Part shown: piece after piece, positions 28,271 through 37,571 of the stretch
Position numbering within the stretch: the first letter of the stretch is position 1
Layout of the letters: each line of letters opens with the position of its first letter
From: Planctomycetota bacterium
GTDB taxonomy: Bacteria; Planctomycetota; PLA2; JAEUHO01
Assembly: GCA_965222115.1 (NCBI GenBank)
Contig: CBDCTJ010000007.1
Location: 384,001 to 448,000, forward strand
DNA length: 64,000 bases
Direction: 5' to 3'
Notes under the pieces: generated by a model
The model's input: only the letters and a program-made list of their open reading frames with translations
Told to the model about the DNA's origin: nothing
Database searches by the model: none
Program-made: the position numbers and the translations under genes

Positions 28271-28832
28271 TCGCATGGCCCGCGCAAAGGCTGTGACCCA
28301 TGTCATGAGTGCCATCGACGATCAGCTGGTGGTTGCTTGCAACGGCATGATTGGCCGCGAAGTGTTCACAGCGAACGATCGCGAAGCCACCTTCTACATG
28401 ATTGGTTCGATGGGCTTGGCCCTTTCAATTGGCATCGGCGTGGCACAGTGCCAACCCAAGAAGCGCGTCGTTGTGATTGATGGCGACGGCAATGTGTTGA
28501 TGGGTGCCGGTGTGCTGGGCAGTGCCGCTGCGGCAGGACTCACAAACTTGCATCACATCGTGCTCGACAATGAGGCCCACGGATCCACCGGCGATCAGCG
28601 CACAATCACAACCGATGTGGATCTCCATGCCGTCGCCAAGGCTTCGGGCTATGCCTACGCCGAACGCGTGGAGGGTGACGCGTTGGCCGAGGCACTACCG
28701 GCATTTTTCAAGCGGCCAGGACCGGCCATGCTGCTCGTCAAGGTCGCAAAGGGCAATGTGGAAGGCATCGCGCGCGTAAGCCACACGCCCGCCGAAATTA
28801 CCGCGCGCTTTTCGCGCGCCGCTCAGGCATAA
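28257..28832 (+). CDS. Phosphonopyruvate decarboxylase beta subunit (ComE-like, TPP-binding)
   Basis: NGMIGRE, FYMIGSMG, IDGDGNVLM...LDNEAHGSTGDQ (GDG-N TPP motif). Confidence 0.9.
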   Translation: MPPPSRMARAKAVTHVMSAIDDQLVVACNGMIGREVFTANDREATFYMIGSMGLALSIGIGVAQCQPKKRVVVIDGDGNVLMGAGVLGSAAAAGLTNLHHIVLDNEAHGSTGDQRTITTDVDLHAVAKASGYAYAERVEGDALAEALPAFFKRPGPAMLLVKVAKGNVEGIARVSHTPAEITARFSRAAQA

Positions 28833-28874
28833 CGTAGCTCGCCCGTCGCGCTCGTTTTGTAAAAGGATCGCTCG

Positions 28875-29939
28875 ATGACTGATACGGCGTTCACGCTTCT
28901 AAATCCGGGTCCCATCAATGTGTCGCCCGCCGTTCGCGAAGCACTCCATCGCTGCGTGGATCAGTGCCACCGTGAACCCGAGTACCTAACGATGCAAGAT
29001 CGTGTGCGTCGCAAGTTGGTGTCGGTATTTGGCGTGGCCAGCGAATACGAAGCCGCGCTCATCACCGGTTCCGGCACCGCTGCGATGGAAGCCATGGTGT
29101 GTTCGACGGTTGAGCATGGTCTGCTTGTGTTGGTCAATGGTGTGTACGGCGAACGACTTGCCAAGATTGGACGTGCTCACGGACTGGCCGTGGATGTTGC
29201 GGAACGCAATTGGTTGGAACCGCACGACCCGGCCTCGTTGGCGGACGTGTTGCATGACGGTATCGACACGGTGGCGGTCGTACACCACGAAACCACCACA
29301 GGGCTACTCAACGACATTCCCGGTATCGCAGCCGTCTGCAAAGCCCACGGCAAGCGCCTGATCGTTGACAGTGTCAGCGGACTCGGTGGCGAAACGTTTG
29401 ACTTCGGCGACATTCAACCCGCAGCGGTTTGTTGCACGGCCAACAAATGCATTCAAGGTCTACCGGGTATCTCGTTTGTGTTCGTTCATCGCGATACACC
29501 GCTGCATACGCGCTCGGTCTACATGGACCTGCCGGGCATCTTGGAAAAACAGCGCAAGAGCGACACACCATTTACGCCTGCTATTCAAGTCATGGCGGCA
29601 CTTGAAGCCGCACTTGACGAACTCGACAAGGAGACCGTGGCCGGACGCATAGAACGCTACACGACGGCGTCCATGTCGATTCGCGACACGATGGAACGCC
29701 TTGGCCTGTCCTGCTTGCTACCAAACGACATTCGTAGCAATACCATCACGTGCGCGCATCTCCCCGCGGGTGTGACCTATCAGCACATTCACGACCGCAT
29801 GCGCGAGAAGGGCTTTGTGATTTATGGCGGCCAAGGCCACTTGAGTGCAACCGCGTTTCGCGTGGCCAATATGGGCATCATTCCTCCCAAGCGCTTGAAG
29901 GACTTTGACAAGGCGCTTGAGTACGCATTGAAGGCCTAG
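28875..29939 (+). CDS. aepZ: 2-aminoethylphosphonate aminotransferase (class V PLP, AepZ/PhnW family)
   Basis: LLNPGP, GSGTAAMEA, NGVYGERL, VHHETTTGLLN, VDSVSGLGG, TANKCIQGLPG, GFVIYGGQG, FRVANMG. Confidence 0.9.
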   Translation: MTDTAFTLLNPGPINVSPAVREALHRCVDQCHREPEYLTMQDRVRRKLVSVFGVASEYEAALITGSGTAAMEAMVCSTVEHGLLVLVNGVYGERLAKIGRAHGLAVDVAERNWLEPHDPASLADVLHDGIDTVAVVHHETTTGLLNDIPGIAAVCKAHGKRLIVDSVSGLGGETFDFGDIQPAAVCCTANKCIQGLPGISFVFVHRDTPLHTRSVYMDLPGILEKQRKSDTPFTPAIQVMAALEAALDELDKETVAGRIERYTTASMSIRDTMERLGLSCLLPNDIRSNTITCAHLPAGVTYQHIHDRMREKGFVIYGGQGHLSATAFRVANMGIIPPKRLKDFDKALEYALKA

Positions 29940-29941
29940 CC

Positions 29942-30619
29942 ATGCGGGCCGTGTTATTGGCTGCGGGTGTGGGCCGGCGACTGGGCCATGATCGTCCCAA
30001 GTGTTTGCTTGAAGTCGGCGGGCGCACGCTACTCGATCGTCACCTGGAGGTCTTGGCGGCGCTCGAGCTACCCGTGCGCCTTGTTACTGGCTTTCACGCG
30101 GAAATGTTGGCCTCCGTTGCGGGAACAACGGTCGAACTCATTCACAATGACGCCTTTGAACGCGGCAGCCTGCTTTCGCTGATAACGGGACTTCGCGGCA
30201 TCGATGACGACGTTGTGATCATGGACGCTGATGTACTTTATGACCCCACGATCCTGCGTGACATTGTCGGCCTTTCACGCGGGTTCGCCATCGATCCGCG
30301 CACCGATCCCGGCGACGAAGAGATGATGATTGGCGTTCAGGACGGTGTCGCCCGCGCCATTCGTCGCGGTCGGCTTGATGGATTTGAACTGGTGGGCGAA
30401 GGCGTAGGATTCTTCAAAATCGATCGCGAATCCCTGCCCGCCCTGCGCGCCTGTTGCGAAACGTGTGATCCCGATGGCGATTACGAGCACGCATTGGATC
30501 GCTTTGTAGAGACGCACGGCGCGGAATACGTACTGGTTGCCGGTCGTGCGTGGACCGAGATAGACTTCCCCGAAGATCTGACACACGCCGAGCAAGATAT
30601 TCTTCCTAAGCTCGACTGA
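29942..30619 (+). CDS. Cytidylyltransferase (LicC/PntC-like NTP transferase)
   Basis: AVLLAAGVGRRL..PKCLL, MDADVLY, GEGVGFFK, WTEIDFPEDL. Confidence 0.88.
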   Translation: MRAVLLAAGVGRRLGHDRPKCLLEVGGRTLLDRHLEVLAALELPVRLVTGFHAEMLASVAGTTVELIHNDAFERGSLLSLITGLRGIDDDVVIMDADVLYDPTILRDIVGLSRGFAIDPRTDPGDEEMMIGVQDGVARAIRRGRLDGFELVGEGVGFFKIDRESLPALRACCETCDPDGDYEHALDRFVETHGAEYVLVAGRAWTEIDFPEDLTHAEQDILPKLD

Positions 30620-31397
30620 CCACCGGTGGCTCCACATCCTCCGCGTGCCGTTGCCACACCAATGCCACAAACTCCATCGCCATCATCGGCACCGTTGCGG
30701 CGTATAGGTAAACGCGTGGCTCCTTCAGCAAGAGCGAAACCGCAGCAAGCGAGTAGTGCATCGAGGGACCATTAAGAAAGAACAACGCATACGGTCCGCG
30801 CGTACGCTGCACATAACGCGCTCGATCGATCACGGTGACGCCATCGGCATCGAGTTTTTCGGCGTAACTCAAGAACTGATTCAACGACCACTTTGCGAAT
30901 CCATTTGAGGCGTCACGAGCAGCACGCACATCGTCGAGGTCGTCTTCGGACCCCGCAAAGCGCCGCTTGTAGCGATCAAAGAGCATCGCTTTCCACGCCA
31001 TGCACAACGCCGCGGCCAACGGAAGGAGTAGGGCCCACCACCACGGCTCGCCGGCGCGCCAGTAGTAGATCATGAGACCCACGTGGATGGACAGTGCCGC
31101 GGCGTAATCGCCAAAGCCATCCATCACGCGTCCCAATGGACTCCCGCCGCCCCGAAGTCGCGCCAACTGCCCGTCACCGCAGTCAAGCACCATGAACAAG
31201 AAGATGAACAACGCGCCGCACACAAACGCGCCCCAAGCAATGGACACGCCTGCAATCACACCGGCCGTCCCTGCCAGAAAGGTCACGTGGTTGGGCGACA
31301 TCGGTGTCTTAGCAAAAAGCCACACAAGCGGGCGCGCCAACGGGCGACACACGAATCGATCGATCCATTCGTCAGTCGTGAAGAGTGAGGTCGCCAT
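30606..31397 (-). CDS. CDP-alcohol phosphatidyltransferase family membrane protein
   Basis: SPNHVT, LDCGDGQLARLRGGGSPLGRVMDGFGD signature, multiple TM segments. Confidence 0.93.
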   Translation of the reverse strand: MATSLFTTDEWIDRFVCRPLARPLVWLFAKTPMSPNHVTFLAGTAGVIAGVSIAWGAFVCGALFIFLFMVLDCGDGQLARLRGGGSPLGRVMDGFGDYAAALSIHVGLMIYYWRAGEPWWWALLLPLAAALCMAWKAMLFDRYKRRFAGSEDDLDDVRAARDASNGFAKWSLNQFLSYAEKLDADGVTVIDRARYVQRTRGPYALFFLNGPSMHYSLAAVSLLLKEPRVYLYAATVPMMAMEFVALVWQRHAEDVEPPVVSRA

Positions 31398-31460
31398 GTG
31401 CGGGAAGTGTATGGGTAGCAGCGTCCCCCGTCGCTGCATCGCGAGTAGACTTCGTGCCCC

Positions 31461-31832
31461 ATGTCAGCGTCAACCCACCGAATCGTTTTCAGCGTATCCA
31501 CCAGCACCGAGAATCCCCCGCGCACCGCGGCGGCGCTCGTGCAAGTGTTGGCCGCCCACCAAGCCGGTGCCGACGTGGCGCTTTGGTTCTGGCATGAAGG
31601 TGTGCGCATGGCCGTGAAAGGCGTGGCCGAGACGTTCCGTGAGCCGCTTGAACCCACGCCCACAGAAGTATTGGATGCCCTGGCGAAAGCCAAGGTTCCG
31701 ATCACCGTGCACACACCATGCCTTGTGCGGCGCGAATTTCAGGACAACGCGTTGCGCGCCAACTGCAAATCCGCCGACGGCCAAACTTGGCAGCGCTACA
31801 TCAAGGATGGCTACGTGCCGGTTTCGCTTTGA
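31461..31832 (+). CDS. DsrE-like family protein
   Basis: VALWFWHEGVRMAVKG, ITVHTPCLVRR; about 120 aa. Confidence 0.7.
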   Translation: MSASTHRIVFSVSTSTENPPRTAAALVQVLAAHQAGADVALWFWHEGVRMAVKGVAETFREPLEPTPTEVLDALAKAKVPITVHTPCLVRREFQDNALRANCKSADGQTWQRYIKDGYVPVSL

Positions 31833-31860
31833 CGCTTCAAAAGGGTCGTAGAAATACACC

Positions 31861-33747
31861 ATGGCACGATTGAATTGTACACGCGGTCAATCCGATCCCG
31901 ACGCACTTGAATTGAATCCCGCACACGACAACGCAACGTGGACCATTGGGCGCGCCAACGATTGCGATTTGCGACTGCTCGACGAGTCAGCTTCTAGGCA
32001 ACACGCGTCGATCACATGGAAAGACGGACGCGCGGTCTTGGAAGACCTCGGCTCGGCCAACGGCACAACACTCAATGGAGACACCATAGCTCAGCCCGTA
32101 ACGCTTGTGGAGGGCGACGTCGTTGCCTTTGGCCATGTGAGCTTTACCTATACCGCAGGTGATCTCGCGCTACGAGCCACCGCGATTGCACAGACGGATG
32201 ACGATGTTCCTGTTGCTGCCGCATTGTCACCCGATGCAATCGATCCCGTCATCGATGCGCGCAGCAAAGGTGCAAGCGTGCGACTGCAACTTGTGATGGA
32301 TAGCGCGACGGCTTGTGTTCAGGCAGAAACGCCGAACGATCTTTACCAAACCGTGGTCTCACTTGTTGCGGATCGCCTGCAGGCCGATCGCGTATCGTTG
32401 GTCGTTGTACGACCTGGCAGTGAGTTAATGGTGGGCGCGTCGCACCCACCCGGCGCAGGGCCGCCCGCCTCAACAACCATTCGTAGCCGCGTGCTTGATC
32501 TCGGCGAGTCCATTTTGGTCACCGACGCACACGAAACCCTTGCACGCAGCGCGGCAAATCAACCCTCCAGCGCATCCATCGTGGCTAGCCGCTATCGCAC
32601 TCTGGCCGCGGCGCCGCTGCGCGTAGTTGAAGGGGTCCTTGGGCTGCTTTCTGTGGAGTACCTCGAACCGAATCGCCTCGAGGCCGTGGATCTGCACACG
32701 CTTGCTGCCGTTTCGTGCCAAGCGGCGCTGGCCTTGCGCACGATTCGCGCGCTTGAGACTTTGCGTGGCGCACCGTCCGATTCTGCAACGCGTGGTAGTG
32801 CCCCACAAACCGAACTTGTAGGCGAGAGTCCGGAAATGGATCGGCTCCGCTCGCAGTTATCCAAAGCCGCACCGACCGATGCCTCGGTCTTGCTCACGGG
32901 CGAAACCGGTACCGGCAAAGAACTCGCTGCCCGCGCGGTCCATAACCAAAGTGCCCGCGCGTCGTCGCCCTTCGTTGCACTCAATTGCGCTGCGCTTGTG
33001 GAAGGACTTCTCGAGAGCGAACTCTTCGGCCACGAAAAGGGCGCGTTCACCGGCGCCGTCAAACGCCACGACGGTCGCATTGCACAAGCCGGCACAGGCA
33101 CGCTCTTCTTGGATGAGGCTGGCGAGTTGCCGCTTGCCATGCAAGCCAAACTGCTACGCGTGCTTTCGGAACGCGCCTACCGCCGTGTGGGTGGCAAGTC
33201 GCTCGAACCGGTTCACTGTCGCATCGTTGCGGCAACGAATCGCGACCTTAAGCAGGACATGGCGCACGGTACGTTTCGCGAAGACCTCTACTATCGCTTG
33301 GCCGTCGTGGTCATTTCACTGCCACCGCTACGAGAGCGTGGTGGTGATATTGAGCGCTTGGCCGAGACTGCGCTAACTCGTATCGCAGCCACACTCGGTC
33401 GTCGCGTTCCTCGCATGGCGGCTGATGCACGCGCGTGTCTCAATGACTATCGCTGGCCCGGTAATGTGCGCGAGCTGTTCAACACCATGGAACGCGTCTT
33501 GGTGTTACTCGAGGGCGACACCATTCACGCCAGCGACCTGCCGCTCGACATCCGATTGGGAACCCGAGTACCCGCCACGGCGAGTCACGACGTATTGACC
33601 CTGCGCGAGGCCGAACGCCGCGCCGTAGAAGCCGCCCTGCGTCACACCGGCGGCAAGAAGGGCGAAGCCGCCAAGTTGCTCGGCACCTCCTGGCCCACCC
33701 TCAATCGCAAGATTCGCGAATACGGCATCGACGTCCCGCCAAAATAA
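31861..33747 (+). CDS. Sigma-54-dependent activator with FHA, GAF, AAA+ and Fis HTH domains
   Basis: IGR..SRQHA..DLGSANGT (FHA), GAF, GETGTGKE, ESELFGHEKGAFTGA, LFLDE, FREDLYYRL, WPGNVREL, C-terminal HTH. Confidence 0.95.
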   Translation: MARLNCTRGQSDPDALELNPAHDNATWTIGRANDCDLRLLDESASRQHASITWKDGRAVLEDLGSANGTTLNGDTIAQPVTLVEGDVVAFGHVSFTYTAGDLALRATAIAQTDDDVPVAAALSPDAIDPVIDARSKGASVRLQLVMDSATACVQAETPNDLYQTVVSLVADRLQADRVSLVVVRPGSELMVGASHPPGAGPPASTTIRSRVLDLGESILVTDAHETLARSAANQPSSASIVASRYRTLAAAPLRVVEGVLGLLSVEYLEPNRLEAVDLHTLAAVSCQAALALRTIRALETLRGAPSDSATRGSAPQTELVGESPEMDRLRSQLSKAAPTDASVLLTGETGTGKELAARAVHNQSARASSPFVALNCAALVEGLLESELFGHEKGAFTGAVKRHDGRIAQAGTGTLFLDEAGELPLAMQAKLLRVLSERAYRRVGGKSLEPVHCRIVAATNRDLKQDMAHGTFREDLYYRLAVVVISLPPLRERGGDIERLAETALTRIAATLGRRVPRMAADARACLNDYRWPGNVRELFNTMERVLVLLEGDTIHASDLPLDIRLGTRVPATASHDVLTLREAERRAVEAALRHTGGKKGEAAKLLGTSWPTLNRKIREYGIDVPPK

Positions 33748-33777
33748 CGGGCTCGCAGGCGCTGCTATGCTGTTTCG

Positions 33778-36700
33778 ATGAGGCAATCGCATGTGGTGGT
33801 TTTGATACTGAGCGCGATTGCAGCGATTGCGCTTGGCTGGTGGGCGTTGAGCGGATCACTGACACCCCAAATCCACCAAGACCCAGTTGTTCACGGCAAC
33901 TCAAACGTGCCCACCAAGGTTGTCGAACTCCTGGCGCGCGGCACGCCAGACGCGAAACTCAAGTCACCCCCGAAGGGTTCACGAGTCATTGTGGGGCGCG
34001 TGTTGAACACGTCTGGCGAACCCGTTGAGGGTGTATTGGTTCGTGCACACGTACATGCCGGGGAATGGCCCCTGGACGCGTTTGAGCGCGCGCCACGCGA
34101 AGTGGTTGAACGCGCCTTTGCGATCCGCATTCCAACGTACGGGCCATGGGAAACCGTGTCGGGAACCGACGGGCGCTTCACACTTCGGCATATCGCCGAT
34201 GGCGTCGACGTAGACGTGGCGGCGCTTCCGCGCGGAGATCGTTACGGTACAGCGTCGATCGTTCGATCGCATGAGTACGCGAGGCATGTTGAACTTCGGG
34301 TGGGCGCGTCCGCAACGCCCATCGACGTAAACCCCTACCTGGGCGGTGGTGAACACGAGATTCGGCGCTTGGTTTCCAACGCCCCACGACCTCGCCAACA
34401 ACGTCTAGACGAGTATGACACAACGATCGATCCACAACCGCGTTGGGCCATTCCATGGGCGGGTGTACGAACGCGCGTGCATCAAAACGCACCGTCACAT
34501 CGCGTGTGGCTTCAGCGCGCACGGCCGGGCGACCACATTGAAGAAACGCTGATCGGGCCCACTACACAAATGCGACCTCAGGTCGCGTATCCACCGCTCG
34601 TGCTTCGTATTCGCAACACGAACGGCGAACCCGTTGCGCATGCAAAGGCCGTAGCACTTTGGCAAGGATCAACATCAGAGGGCAATCCCGTCCGATGTAC
34701 CACAATGGGTCGATCCAGCGTGCATGGAAACATCTCAATGACGCCTCGATCGGTGCATGGCCTTGTACGAGTCATCGTAATTGCAGAAGGGTATGCTCCC
34801 TTTGACGTCGCTTTTGATCGATCATCGCCCCGGTCGCTCGATGTTGTCTTGCAACCGGGCGCAATCGTGGAAGGGCGCGTCGTTTCTGCGCGGGGCCATC
34901 CACTGTCCGATATTCACGTATCCCTTTCATCGAGCATCGACCAAGTCCACGCCCAGGTACTGGACTGGCGTGCACGTGCACGGCAATGGCGACGATCGAT
35001 GGTGACCGGCCCCGACGGCACATTTCGATTTACTTCACTTCCCCAAGGAAAGGGGAGACTCTTCGCCAACGCGAACGCATGGATACTGCGCGCCGATCAC
35101 TGGGGCGTGGCTTATGAGGCCCACGAAGGGCAGACGGCGACACGCGAACTCGTCATGTCGCCGGCGCGAAGCGCACTCGGCGTCGTAAGGGATGCCGAGG
35201 GCAGCACGGTTTCAGGCGCGACCGTCACGGCCACATCCAATGCAACGTTTCCACCTGAGATTCGTCACACAGCCACGCAGACCGACGGAACGTTTTCGAT
35301 CGCGTCGCTGGCCACGGGCAAACGTTATCGATTCCAGGCGACCGCGCCTGGCCTACAAAGCCCGAAAACCAAACCGCTAGCAGTACACGAGGGCCTGGCG
35401 CCCCTCACACTCACGCTAGGACCGAGTTGCTCATTGCGTGGACAGGTTCTGACGGACAGCAACGAGCCAGTGCCCGGACGTGCAGTTGAGCTTGTCGAGG
35501 GATCACGTCGGGTAACGACCGACGATCGAGGAATGTTTCGGTTTGACGTGTTGTCGCCTGGTGAGCACGTCGTTTTCCTACCCGATGTCAATGACGAATT
35601 CGAAGGGCCGCCTGTAACGCGCGTATTACGTGTAGGAGATCAAGTAAGCGATGTCGTGTTACGCGCACGCATGCGCCACAGCCTCTATGGTCGCGTCGTC
35701 GATGCACAGGGACACCCCATGCGCGGGGTGCGTGTCAGGACCCATTCGAGAGGCCTTTCATCCATGCACGTCAATCCCGGCGGCTACAAGATCCTTGGCG
35801 ACGCCGGCGGAGAAGCCACGACGGACGAGGCGGGTCGATTCACAATTCGCGGCCTCACCGGTTCGGAAAACTACGTGGTGTACGTTTCGGGAGGACAACT
35901 GGATGGAACGATAGACCCGGGAGCGTCGCCGGTGCAAATCACAGTGCCCGACTCGCTCCGTGTACGCGTTCACGGCACGGTGCAGAGTCCTGATGGGGAG
36001 GCGGTTGCACATGCAAAGGTACGGCTTCGCTCGGTTCCCAAGCGACGCGCCTGGTTTCCCGCTGGGGAGACATCCTATGTTATAGCGCCAGCTATGAACG
36101 GGTCATTTGACGCGGAGATTCTCACTACCCATCCGAACGTCGCAGTCACGGTTACGGACGCCTTGATGGCCGATGGAACACGCTTGGTGAACTCGTCGAA
36201 GCAGATCGTCGCTCGTGAATCGCCTCCGCTTCGATTCGAACTGCGTGAAAAGCAAGCCGACGCTGCAGACACGCCGTCGGAGGCCTTCGACAAGCTGCTC
36301 GTACGCGGCATCGTCGTGGATCCCGAGGGCCGACCTCTAGCGGGTATCAAGGTTCGTGAGGAGGGCGGTACCGGTCGCAGGCAGCGCTCTACGGAAACCC
36401 TACATGACGGCACATTCGAACTTCAGGTGAGGCTCGTCGAATCCAAACTCCACATACAACCCAGTCGCGACGAACACCGGACGCTCCATGAAATTCACAA
36501 CTTCTCGGCCAAGGCAAACGACGAAGTTGTTGTTGTTCAACTTTCACGCGGCCACCAATTGGAGGGTGTCGTGGTTGGGGAACACGGAGAACCGGTTATG
36601 ACCGGAAGAGTGACACTAAGCCACGTGGCGAATCCTCTCGCAGACGTTGGTCGATTGCCTGGCGCGGATATCGCGTTTCTCTGGAATCGCACCAATCGAT

Positions 36701-37347
36701 TCCACTTCGGGCCTTTGAAACCTGGAACCTATGTGCTCTCCTACGGCTCGGAACACATCGGCCAGCGCGGTCGCCATTGGATCGAAAAACCGCTGCACGT
36801 AACGGTGCCTAGCCCGCGGGTTCGAATGACCCTTCGCGAGACATGGAATATGGGAGGTTATGTACAGGGTGACCGTATCGCAGCATTTCGTGTGTATTGG
36901 TATCCGGACGAACGAGCCCAACGAAACGGCGACAGGCTCTTTGATTTCGATTGGCCTGGATCGGTTACAAAGGACGGCCACATTCGCATGGTAAGGCTGC
37001 GCGAAGCAAAGGGCCGCATCTACGTTCGCAACGAGAACGATGATCGATATGCGGTTGCCCGTGTTTCTCGGAACGCGAACGAGCCTGTGATCGCGCTCAA
37101 ACAAGGCCATCGCATTCAAGGCAGGCTGCAGTGGCCGAAACCGCTCAAGAAGAGACCGGGAGCGACGGTCACGGCGACCCAGAACGGCATCAAGGTACAC
37201 ACCCGCTACAACGAGCAAGGCGAGTTCATGTTTCGCGGGTTGCGTCCCGGTGTGTGGACCCTTGCGGCCGAAACACGCGAGGCACACTTTGGGCCCCTCG
37301 ACGTTGAGACCCCGGCGAATGAGGTCGTACTCCACCCAGCCAAATAG
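33778..37347 (+). CDS. Membrane-anchored carboxypeptidase-regulatory-like (CnaB-type) repeat protein
   Basis: N-terminal TM; repeated GRVVDAQGHPMRGVRV..TTDEAGRF motifs. Confidence 0.85.
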   Translation: MRQSHVVVLILSAIAAIALGWWALSGSLTPQIHQDPVVHGNSNVPTKVVELLARGTPDAKLKSPPKGSRVIVGRVLNTSGEPVEGVLVRAHVHAGEWPLDAFERAPREVVERAFAIRIPTYGPWETVSGTDGRFTLRHIADGVDVDVAALPRGDRYGTASIVRSHEYARHVELRVGASATPIDVNPYLGGGEHEIRRLVSNAPRPRQQRLDEYDTTIDPQPRWAIPWAGVRTRVHQNAPSHRVWLQRARPGDHIEETLIGPTTQMRPQVAYPPLVLRIRNTNGEPVAHAKAVALWQGSTSEGNPVRCTTMGRSSVHGNISMTPRSVHGLVRVIVIAEGYAPFDVAFDRSSPRSLDVVLQPGAIVEGRVVSARGHPLSDIHVSLSSSIDQVHAQVLDWRARARQWRRSMVTGPDGTFRFTSLPQGKGRLFANANAWILRADHWGVAYEAHEGQTATRELVMSPARSALGVVRDAEGSTVSGATVTATSNATFPPEIRHTATQTDGTFSIASLATGKRYRFQATAPGLQSPKTKPLAVHEGLAPLTLTLGPSCSLRGQVLTDSNEPVPGRAVELVEGSRRVTTDDRGMFRFDVLSPGEHVVFLPDVNDEFEGPPVTRVLRVGDQVSDVVLRARMRHSLYGRVVDAQGHPMRGVRVRTHSRGLSSMHVNPGGYKILGDAGGEATTDEAGRFTIRGLTGSENYVVYVSGGQLDGTIDPGASPVQITVPDSLRVRVHGTVQSPDGEAVAHAKVRLRSVPKRRAWFPAGETSYVIAPAMNGSFDAEILTTHPNVAVTVTDALMADGTRLVNSSKQIVARESPPLRFELREKQADAADTPSEAFDKLLVRGIVVDPEGRPLAGIKVREEGGTGRRQRSTETLHDGTFELQVRLVESKLHIQPSRDEHRTLHEIHNFSAKANDEVVVVQLSRGHQLEGVVVGEHGEPVMTGRVTLSHVANPLADVGRLPGADIAFLWNRTNRFHFGPLKPGTYVLSYGSEHIGQRGRHWIEKPLHVTVPSPRVRMTLRETWNMGGYVQGDRIAAFRVYWYPDERAQRNGDRLFDFDWPGSVTKDGHIRMVRLREAKGRIYVRNENDDRYAVARVSRNANEPVIALKQGHRIQGRLQWPKPLKKRPGATVTATQNGIKVHTRYNEQGEFMFRGLRPGVWTLAAETREAHFGPLDVETPANEVVLHPAK

Positions 37348-37371
37348 GTAATGCCTGAGAGCGCTGCGGAC

Positions 37372-37401
37372 TGAACGAAACGTTCAATTGTTGGTTGAAC
37401 G
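37372..37401. promoter_or_regulatory. Candidate activator binding sites (three TGAACG half-sites)
   Basis: TGAACG-AAA-CGTTCA and CGTTCAA-N7-TTGAACG, about 105-135 bp upstream of a sigma-54-like motif. Confidence 0.45.
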
Positions 37402-37504
37402 AGCCGTGCAATGGGCCTTGGGAGGCGCAGGGGGGAGTTGCACGCACTGCCCCTAAGCGCCTGCGATACCATGATTTAGGAAGCCCTCATGAATGCGGCC
37501 ACGG

Positions 37505-37519
37505 TGGCACGGCACTTGT
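37505..37519 (+). promoter_or_regulatory. Candidate sigma-54 promoter
   Basis: TGGCACGGCACTTGT: perfect -24 element, -12 element TTGT instead of TTGC. Confidence 0.5.
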
Positions 37520-37571
37520 GAATAAGGCTCTTATGGCCAAGGTTTGGACCAGGAAAGGCGGTGCGCGGGCG

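Noticed and set aside
27770-28832. Coenzyme M biosynthesis (comDE)
   Set aside because: Context with PEP mutase and AEP transaminase, and no comABC, favours phosphonopyruvate decarboxylase.
31830-31832. Sec read-through at the TGA stop of the DsrE-like gene and other TGA-ending genes
   Set aside because: The domains look complete at these stops, and no redox motif or continuing domain was evident.
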